Assembly: GCA_041649575.1 (NCBI GenBank)
Contig: JBAZMW010000002.1
Location: 202,792 to 234,791 of the forward strand
DNA from: Patescibacteria group bacterium
GTDB taxonomy: Bacteria; Patescibacteriota; Patescibacteriia; 2-01-FULL-39-33
Direction: 5' to 3'
DNA: 32,000 bases
Under the pieces are notes generated by a model, which saw only the letters and a list, made by a program, of their open reading frames with translations, had not been told where the DNA came from and did not search any database. Below, piece by piece: positions 25,433 through 32,000 of the stretch. Made by a program: the position numbers and the translations under genes. Numbering within the stretch: position 1 is the stretch's first letter; each line of letters begins with the position of its first letter.

Positions 25433-28201
25433 TTAAAAACTGAAACCGGCCCAAAAAAACGAATCGCCAGCCTGCTTGTCTTCGAAAACTATTTTTTGAT
25501 CTTCCCGGCTGGCGGCCGGATAAACGCCCACGGCCGAAAATTTATCAGGATAAACTACTTCGCTGACTATCTTAGCCTCGGGTTCACCTGATTGTTTTTG
25601 CACCAATAAACTATAGGAATCATAACTTTTTTCCGATCTGAATGCGGCTATGATTTTATCTTTCAAGCTCAATTTTTGCTCTTGCTTCGGTTGAGCAGCA
25701 ACGCCAACTTTAAACGGCAATTTATAAACCAAGAGGAAGTCTTTGCTTTCGCCCGGACTTACAATTGCCCAATTGCCAAAAACCGTTTTGTCTTTTTCGT
25801 TATAAATCCTGGTTTTGGATGACAGATCGTCGAAGGCAAACTGTTCATTTTTCAGATCCTCGTCTGATTTCAAATAATCCTCCGGTTTTTGAAATTCCTT
25901 ATCAGCTGGCCCGGCAAAACCAGCTGCTTTGATTAATTGGCTGCCTTGAGGCACATAGACCCTCAAATAAACTCGATTGGGCGCCGTGGTGAAATTTTCA
26001 TCTATCGGGCCGAAATGATGCCGGTTAATAATCACGCGATCAATCACCGAGCCGTCCGCCATAATCGAAGCCTGGTGATAGACCTCTTGTCTGATAGCGT
26101 TGTCTGTCTTACCGCCGCCGATGTTGGCCGCCACTACCTGCAAATAATCTTTGTCGGTGCTCTTTACTCGGCCGTCCCAATTATTTTGAGCGATAAATTT
26201 CTGCTGCTCTGCCTCGTTTAAATAAATTTGGATGTCTTTGCTTTTTAAGCCGTCATTTAAAACCGTGAATAATTCCGGTAACTTTTCCGGCGGAGCCTTG
26301 ACCAGGCCGTCAATTAACTGTGGCGCCAAATCGGCCAAAATCTCTTTGGGTTGTTTTTTGTCTTTGGCTTCAAGTTCGATACTTTTCTGAATTTCTTGCT
26401 CAAAGTTGGCGGCGCTAATCGTTTTGCTGTATTTAGCCAACTGAATTTCACCCAAAACCGCCAACAGCTTTCCCAGCCAGTCGGAATTAATCGCAATCAC
26501 GCCGTCAATCGTCGGGCCGCCGCTCTTATTATAAAACCAGGTTATTTTCTTGGCTGAAGTGGGCCAATCAGGCCACCAGTTAGCATCCTGAAACTCCCAA
26601 CGGCCATTGATTAACTGTAGCGGCTGCGGCGCCAAAACCAGCTGGTTTAAGCCGGCGCGCACATCATAAGTCCCGCCTTTGGGCAGATCAATTTTCTGAA
26701 TTTCTCCCGACTTGATATCCACCAAAGCAAAACTGCCCATGAAGCCGCCGGTGGCTCTGAGTTCGTTGTCGTTTTGAAAAACCAACAAATATCTCCGCAG
26801 AGAGTTGTCGCCCAAAAAATTAATTGCAAAATCAATGATTTTTTCCGAATCTTCCAGGCTCTTGATAAAAAGCGGTAATCTTTTTTGTAATTCATAAAAC
26901 TGTTCTCTGTTTTCGGCCGGTAAGTGTGCTATATTAACTTTCTTAAAATTTTCTTGAGCCAGTTTTAGCTTGGCCAGGGCCAATTTTTCCTCTAATTTAA
27001 AATTCTTAATCCGACTGGTCAGAGAAAAATCAGAATTTTCCGTTAATTGATTTAGCCCGGAAAGCAAATGTTCTCCGGCCTTGGACATGTTTTCTCCCAA
27101 AGCGAGCAGATTTTTGCCGCTCCTTAGGGTATTATTGGGCAGGGCGCCGGCCACCACCGTCAAAAAAGAACGGATGTCCTGGAGTTGATTCTGGGCTGAA
27201 ACAAAATTCTGATTAGCCGAAGCCAGACGATCTTCGGCGGTTTTGAAATTAAGATTCTTTATTTCGTCCTGGGCCAGCTTGAGATTGGCCAGGGCTTCGT
27301 CGGCTTGTCCCAAAACTTGTCCTTTGGTTTGTTTGATACTTTGCCAATAAGAAAAGCCCTTAATCGGCAAAACCACTGCCAAAGCCACCAGCGCAAATAA
27401 AACAAAGGTTTTAAAGAAAAATTGCCGTGGCCAAAAAGTAATTTTCGAACTGGCGATTAATTTTCGTTGTCGAATTTCTGACTCGAATAATTCCGGCGCT
27501 ATGGCCTTTTTGTCAGGCCAATTGCTGGCGACTCTTTCCGCCGGTAGCTCTTTGGCCGGCTCCGCCAAAAGCGTCGTTTTTTTATTATCAAAGCTGACTA
27601 CCTCGTCTTTTTTGAAAAACCACCCTTTTATAATGGCTCTGAAATATCTAATCAAGGAATAAAGATGAGTAAAAACTTTTTTTAATCCCAAAAACAAAAA
27701 AACTAAAAGATTGATCAAGGCTGTCTCCTGCCAGACGGTCAATCCTTTACCGGTTTCTAAGGAATGTCCCCTGCCGGCTAGCGGCAGTTTTGGAGAAAAA
27801 TCAACTTTTGTGAAAAATTTGCCGGTTAATTTTAAAAACTCGTCCTTGAAATCCTTGAAAATTTTTATTATTTCGCTGTTTTCTAGTTCTAAAAGCTGGA
27901 AAACACCCAATTTAAGCAAAAAATTTCCGCCCGGCAGATCTTGATAAAAAATTTGGCCGGTCTTGGTATTGGCTGCTGGTCTGACTTTTTCAATATATCT
28001 GGCTTGCGACAAATCAAGCATATGAGGCGAAAAATAAGCATCCAAGGGGCTATTAATCGCCTTGATGGCCACATTTTTTCCCGTTCTATTGTTAACGGCA
28101 ACCTTTTGATTTTTATTTTGTTTCAAAAGCAAACCTTTGACTGACGGCTGGGAAGCTGGCAGTTTCTTTTTCTTTGCTTTGTTTTTTGTTTGTTTTGTCA
28201 C
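25433..28201 (-). CDS. DUF4012 domain-containing membrane protein
   Basis: YLLVFQNDNELRATGGFMGSFALVDIKSGEIQKIDL...NGRWEFQDANWWPDWPTSAKKITWFYNKSGGPTIDGVIAIN. Confidence 0.85.
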   Translation of the reverse strand: MTKQTKNKAKKKKLPASQPSVKGLLLKQNKNQKVAVNNRTGKNVAIKAINSPLDAYFSPHMLDLSQARYIEKVRPAANTKTGQIFYQDLPGGNFLLKLGVFQLLELENSEIIKIFKDFKDEFLKLTGKFFTKVDFSPKLPLAGRGHSLETGKGLTVWQETALINLLVFLFLGLKKVFTHLYSLIRYFRAIIKGWFFKKDEVVSFDNKKTTLLAEPAKELPAERVASNWPDKKAIAPELFESEIRQRKLIASSKITFWPRQFFFKTFVLFALVALAVVLPIKGFSYWQSIKQTKGQVLGQADEALANLKLAQDEIKNLNFKTAEDRLASANQNFVSAQNQLQDIRSFLTVVAGALPNNTLRSGKNLLALGENMSKAGEHLLSGLNQLTENSDFSLTSRIKNFKLEEKLALAKLKLAQENFKKVNIAHLPAENREQFYELQKRLPLFIKSLEDSEKIIDFAINFLGDNSLRRYLLVFQNDNELRATGGFMGSFALVDIKSGEIQKIDLPKGGTYDVRAGLNQLVLAPQPLQLINGRWEFQDANWWPDWPTSAKKITWFYNKSGGPTIDGVIAINSDWLGKLLAVLGEIQLAKYSKTISAANFEQEIQKSIELEAKDKKQPKEILADLAPQLIDGLVKAPPEKLPELFTVLNDGLKSKDIQIYLNEAEQQKFIAQNNWDGRVKSTDKDYLQVVAANIGGGKTDNAIRQEVYHQASIMADGSVIDRVIINRHHFGPIDENFTTAPNRVYLRVYVPQGSQLIKAAGFAGPADKEFQKPEDYLKSDEDLKNEQFAFDDLSSKTRIYNEKDKTVFGNWAIVSPGESKDFLLVYKLPFKVGVAAQPKQEQKLSLKDKIIAAFRSEKSYDSYSLLVQKQSGEPEAKIVSEVVYPDKFSAVGVYPAASREDQKIVFEDKQAGDSFFWAGFSF

Positions 28202-28328
28202 CTGTCGGGACTTATATCTTTGCCTAAAATTAAAACTAATTTTTTAAAAACTATTTGATTTATTATAACACAAAAGCCTATTTTAAAACAACCAAATAAA
28301 AATCCATAGATAAAAAAATTTTCGGCTC

Positions 28329-28358
28329 TTGACATCAACTGGACTCCTGTATTATTAT
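28329..28358 (+). promoter_or_regulatory. sigma70-like promoter for the plus-strand ncRNA candidate
   Basis: TTGACA (28329-28334), 18-nt spacer, TATTAT (28353-28358). Confidence 0.7.
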
Positions 28359-28364
28359 GATCAT

Positions 28365-28541
28365 GGTGTTGCGACATCTCTTGCTGTTTGTGGAAACCCC
28401 ACGGAACCCGCGGACAGCAAGGGCGCCGTTCCACCTCCTTTCAGCCGAAGCCACGACGGTTTTCCCGCCTCACTAACAGCGTCAGTGTGAGATCCCCTCA
28501 CACCTGAAGTGGGGAGAAACCGTCGTGGCTCAAACTTTTTT
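28365..28541 (+). ncRNA. candidate structured ncRNA of about 177 nt (unassigned family)
   Basis: CTTGCTGT/ACAGCAAG stem, GTGGAA/TTCCAC possible pseudoknot, long terminal hairpin 28449-28530 followed by TTTTTT, and a promoter just upstream. Confidence 0.7.
28449..28541 (+). terminator. long hairpin plus T-run ending the plus-strand ncRNA candidate
   Basis: AGCCACGACGGTTT (28449-28462) pairs with AAACCGTCGTGGCT (28517-28530), T-run 28536-28541; nested TCAG-TGTGAG/CTCACA-C-CTGA. Confidence 0.75.
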
Positions 28542-29676
28542 ACGCTTCCGAAAAATATAAATTATAAACTCTTTCCGCGGCTAGGCGCCAAGAATACTTT
28601 TTCAGATTATCGGTGCCATTTTCTATCAGCCCCTGCCTTAAATCTTTATCAGTCAGAACTGAATTAATTTTTTCCGCTATCTCCTTGGTATTTTCCGGAT
28701 CAAAATAAACAGCGCTGTCGCCTAAAATTTCCGGCAGACAGCTTCTGTCAGAGCTTACTACCGCCAGCCCATAATTCTGGGCTTCGAGCGGCGGTAAACC
28801 AAAACCCTCGATTAGACTGGGAAAAACATACAGACTGGCGGTCCGATACAGACAGGCCAGTTTTTGGTCGTCAAGATAATCGGTAAAAATAATCTTTTGG
28901 ACTGCCTCGCCAACCTCTTTTTTTGCCCACTCCTTTAGTCTTTGATAAAAATAATTGTTTTTGCCCACCAGAACCAGCTGCAGATCCTTATGAGCTTCCC
29001 CGATTTTTGAAAAAGCCAGGATTAAATTTTCCAAATTTTTGTGCGGATAAGCCGAACCGACGTAAAGTAAAAACTCTTGACCAATTTTCAAATCAACCAG
29101 AACTTTTTGGCAATCGGCCTCTGGCCAGACCAATGGCAAGTCTACCCCCTCATAAATCACTTCTATTTTTCGCTCTTTGGTCTTTAATAATTTAACAATG
29201 TCGTCTTTGGTGTATTGCGATACGGCAATAATTTTTTTGGCCTTTCTGGCCGCCGCCTTGATTATCAGGTGATAAAAAAACAGTTTGACTTTGTGAACCA
29301 AAGGCGGCAGGGTGGTGGCGCGGCTCTGGGGATAATGGGAAATTATCAGATCGTGAATAGTGACAATAAAATCACCGCCGTAGAAGATCGGGACGTTAAA
29401 GTGCAAAAAATGCACCAAAGCTAATTGATGTTTCCTTAGTAACTTGGGGAAAAACAGCTGCTCACCAAGACTGTACGGCCGATAATCGGCCAAAACTTTT
29501 TGAAAATTTTTGTTTTGCGGCTGATAGTCATTAAAATTATCTGCTTGCAAAAAAACAAAATACTGATTTTTAGAATCCAGCTCTTCCAGTTGTTTGATAA
29601 TTTCCTGGCTATAACGGCCGATGCCGCCGTTTTTAGGGCCAAAAAGCCGCGCGTCTATGCCAATTCTCATATACAA
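28540..29676 (-). CDS. glycosyltransferase, GT4-like
   Basis: MRIGIDARLFGPKNGGIGRYSQEIIKQL...FVFPSLIEGFGLPPLEAQNYGLAVVSSDRSCLPEILGDSAVYFDP. Confidence 0.9.
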   Translation of the reverse strand: MYMRIGIDARLFGPKNGGIGRYSQEIIKQLEELDSKNQYFVFLQADNFNDYQPQNKNFQKVLADYRPYSLGEQLFFPKLLRKHQLALVHFLHFNVPIFYGGDFIVTIHDLIISHYPQSRATTLPPLVHKVKLFFYHLIIKAAARKAKKIIAVSQYTKDDIVKLLKTKERKIEVIYEGVDLPLVWPEADCQKVLVDLKIGQEFLLYVGSAYPHKNLENLILAFSKIGEAHKDLQLVLVGKNNYFYQRLKEWAKKEVGEAVQKIIFTDYLDDQKLACLYRTASLYVFPSLIEGFGLPPLEAQNYGLAVVSSDRSCLPEILGDSAVYFDPENTKEIAEKINSVLTDKDLRQGLIENGTDNLKKYSWRLAAERVYNLYFSEA

Positions 29677-29678
29677 AA

Positions 29679-30776
29679 TTATTTATTAAAAATATTCAAT
29701 ACCTCTTGAGCTGTTTTTTCCCAAGTAAACTCCTTTGCCCTCGTTAATCCCCTGTCGATCAGCAGCCTTCTTAGCCCTTCGTCGCCGAGCAACGACTCCA
29801 GCGCCAAGGAAATTTCTCTAACATTATAAGCATCCACTAGTAACCCGGCGTCGGCCACCACTTCCCCCTGCGAAGAATTGCCGCCGCCAATCACCGGACA
29901 GCCGCAAGCCATCGCTTCTAGTAGCGGCAAGCCGAAACCTTCGTAGTAAGAAGGGTAGACAAAAGCTCTGGCCAGACTGTAAAGCGCCGCCTTGTCTTCC
30001 TCGGCCACATAATCGAAAAACTTTATTTTATCGTTTCCTTTGGCTAATCGGTAGATTTCTCCGGTTTTCCAGCCGGCCGCTCCGGCGATGACCAGTTCTT
30101 CTTCCGCCGCCAGTAATTGATAGGCCCTGATTATGCCGGGCACATTCTTTCTGGGCTCCAGCGTTCCCAAATACAAAATAAACTTTTGCGGCAAATGATA
30201 TTTTGTTCTTACTCTTTCCTTGTCTTCAATCGAAGCCGGCGTCAGCTTAGTACCCAAATAAATCACTTTGATTTTTTCCTCTTTTATTTTTAATAATTCA
30301 ACCAGATCTTGTTTGGTATTGTCCGAATCGGCAAAAATGAGATCGGCCTGGTTGATAATTTTTTTCAAAACTATCAGCCAATGGCGCAACCGGCTCCGGA
30401 GCGTGAAAAATTCCGGACAACGCAAAAAAGACAAATCATGAACCGTAATCAGCCTGCTGGTCTTTTGGCTTAGGGCGATAAAATGTAAGTTGGGCACAAA
30501 AAAAACTTCTGTCCCGCCGATTAATTTGTCAATTTTGGGCCAATTGCCAAAATTGACAGCCAGATTAAATAATTTATTGGGAAAACGAAAACCGCGGTAG
30601 CCAATATTGGCCTGGTCAAACTTGGGCAGAAAAACTTTTTTTGAAGAATTATAAAAAAGCTGGTATTCATTTTTTTGGTCCAATTTAAATAGATTTTCGA
30701 GCAAATTGAAAGTATACCAGGAAACGCCCGAATATTCCTGTTGCATTAGACAACGAACATCTACGCCGATTCTCAT
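29679..30776 (-). CDS. glycosyltransferase, GT4-like
   Basis: MRIGVDVRCLMQQEYSGVSWYTFNLLENL...AFVYPSYYEGFGLPLLEAMACGCPVIGGGNSSQGEVVADAGLLVD. Confidence 0.9.
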   Translation of the reverse strand: MRIGVDVRCLMQQEYSGVSWYTFNLLENLFKLDQKNEYQLFYNSSKKVFLPKFDQANIGYRGFRFPNKLFNLAVNFGNWPKIDKLIGGTEVFFVPNLHFIALSQKTSRLITVHDLSFLRCPEFFTLRSRLRHWLIVLKKIINQADLIFADSDNTKQDLVELLKIKEEKIKVIYLGTKLTPASIEDKERVRTKYHLPQKFILYLGTLEPRKNVPGIIRAYQLLAAEEELVIAGAAGWKTGEIYRLAKGNDKIKFFDYVAEEDKAALYSLARAFVYPSYYEGFGLPLLEAMACGCPVIGGGNSSQGEVVADAGLLVDAYNVREISLALESLLGDEGLRRLLIDRGLTRAKEFTWEKTAQEVLNIFNK

Positions 30777-30787
30777 GGTTTTGATTT

Positions 30788-31888
30788 TTAAGCCTGTGAT
30801 TCCTCGCTCAATTTTTTCACCAATTGGAGAATTTTTTCTTTAAAGATTTCCACATCAAATTTTTTGGCCCGCTCTCTGATCCGTTCCGAATTATAAGTCT
30901 CTGGCCTAAACCGAATTATTTTATCAGCCAGCTCTTCCCAAATCTGCTCCTCAAAAAATTCTCCCGTCTCCCCTTCTCTGACTGTCTCGGTGGCGCCGCC
31001 AGCCCTAAAGGCGATCACCGGCCGGCCGCTAGCCATCGCTTCCACGGCCGTGATGCCGAAATCCTCTTCCTGCGGATTCAGATAAGCCAAGCAATTGGCA
31101 AACAATTCCTTTTTTTCTGTTTCGCTGACTTTACCCAAAAACTCTATATTGCCTTTGTTGGCCAGTCTCTTCAGGCGTCTTTCCTCCGGCCCAACGCCAA
31201 AAATTTTCAAAGGTATGCCCAGGCGGGAAAAAGCCTTGACCGCTAAATCGATTTTTTTGTAAGGCACCAGGCGGCCACCGGCCAAAAAATATTTTTTGGG
31301 AGCGCCGGAGATATAGAACTTATTAACTTCTACCGGCGGATAAATAACTTCACTGTCTCGATCATAATACTTTTTAATGCGGTTTTTTACCGTTTCGGAA
31401 ATAGCCACGAAATGATCAACGCGGTCGGCGGCCAAACGATCCCAGACGCGCAGTTTCCTTAGCGTTAATGGCAAAAACTTTTTAATAAAAAAATTGACTT
31501 TTAATTCCTCCAAATAATTATGGGTATCATTCCACAGATAGCGGGTTGGCGTATAACAATAGCAGATGTGCCGGCAGGCGGGGTTGGTGATCACCCCCTT
31601 GGCAAAAGAAGAGGCGCTGGAAATCACCAAATCATAACCCATGAGGTTGTGACTTTCTATGGCCGCCGGCATCATTGATAAATACCACTGGTATCTCCTG
31701 ACGCCCAGGGGCAGCTTTTGCAAAAAAGAGGTGTTGACCTTTTTATCAATAAAAAAATTATTGGTATTTTTCCGGTTTAAAACCAAAGTAAAAATAGGCG
31801 CCTGGGGGTAGATTTCTTTCAGCACCTTTAAGACTAATTCCGCCCCGCCGTCTTGGACTAAATGGTCATGGACTAAAGCGATTTTCAT
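30788..31888 (-). CDS. glycosyltransferase, GT4-like
   Basis: MKIALVHDHLVQDGGAELVLKVLKEIYPQAPIFTLV...CLAYLNPQEEDFGITAVEAMASGRPVIAFRAGGATETV. Confidence 0.9.
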   Translation of the reverse strand: MKIALVHDHLVQDGGAELVLKVLKEIYPQAPIFTLVLNRKNTNNFFIDKKVNTSFLQKLPLGVRRYQWYLSMMPAAIESHNLMGYDLVISSASSFAKGVITNPACRHICYCYTPTRYLWNDTHNYLEELKVNFFIKKFLPLTLRKLRVWDRLAADRVDHFVAISETVKNRIKKYYDRDSEVIYPPVEVNKFYISGAPKKYFLAGGRLVPYKKIDLAVKAFSRLGIPLKIFGVGPEERRLKRLANKGNIEFLGKVSETEKKELFANCLAYLNPQEEDFGITAVEAMASGRPVIAFRAGGATETVREGETGEFFEEQIWEELADKIIRFRPETYNSERIRERAKKFDVEIFKEKILQLVKKLSEESQA

Positions 31889-32000
31889 GCCTGGAGTTAG
31901 CTTTTTAGATAGTTAAAAACTATCATTTTTTGAGCCAAAAATCAACCTCTAAGTTAGCGGCCCTTTTTATACTCTTTATGGCTAGTTATGGCTGGGCTAG

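Noticed and set aside
28198-28434. 78-aa minus-strand ORF with GGAGGTG at its start
   Set aside because: The Shine-Dalgarno-like sequence overlaps the GTG start, and the ORF spans the promoter and 5' part of a structured plus-strand RNA; the translation has no convincing features.
31905-31932. Hairpin GATAGT-TAAAA-ACTATC followed by a T-run near the window end
   Set aside because: The stem is short and AT-rich, and the neighbouring gene beyond the window is unseen, so it cannot be assigned.
1-32000. CRISPR array, phage module, transposase or retron
   Set aside because: No regularly spaced direct repeats and no recognisable Cas, integrase, transposase or reverse transcriptase proteins were seen.

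Overview
The gene content and AT-rich, compact layout suggest a Candidate Phyla Radiation / Patescibacteria-like bacterial chromosome segment (inference from gene content only). On the minus strand there is a branched-chain amino-acid-type ABC transporter cluster (LivH, LivM, one LivG, three substrate-binding proteins, no LivF), a radical SAM protein, FtsE/FtsX with an RlpA-like protein, a PpiC-type isomerase, a FtsB/DivIC-like protein, a PH-domain protein and a P-type cation ATPase. The plus strand carries dnaB, a YbaB/EbfC homologue and recR. These are followed on the minus strand by rplU, a DUF192 protein, a MraY/WecA-like transferase, tgt, a large surface-type protein, a DUF4012 protein and three glycosyltransferases. 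Intact tRNAs for Gln(UUG), Gly(CCC), Thr(CGU) and Lys(UUU) are readable. The main unusual signals are: (1) an intact tRNA-Thr(CGU) gene nested inside a second interrupted tRNA gene (11244-11428), flanked by a 7-nt direct repeat and AT-rich arms that can pair; (2) two unassigned structured-RNA candidates with consensus-like promoters and intrinsic terminators (minus 18846-18552 and plus 28365-28541); (3) an isolated, compositionally foreign 127-aa gene with its own promoter, 17-bp leader hairpin, Shine-Dalgarno and terminator (20210-19508, minus); (4) a palindromic-repeat-like in-frame insertion in a tgt gene that also lacks the usual zinc cysteines; and (5) a second interrupted tRNA-like fragment just upstream of tRNA-Lys. 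All pairings were read by eye; no folding or database search was run.
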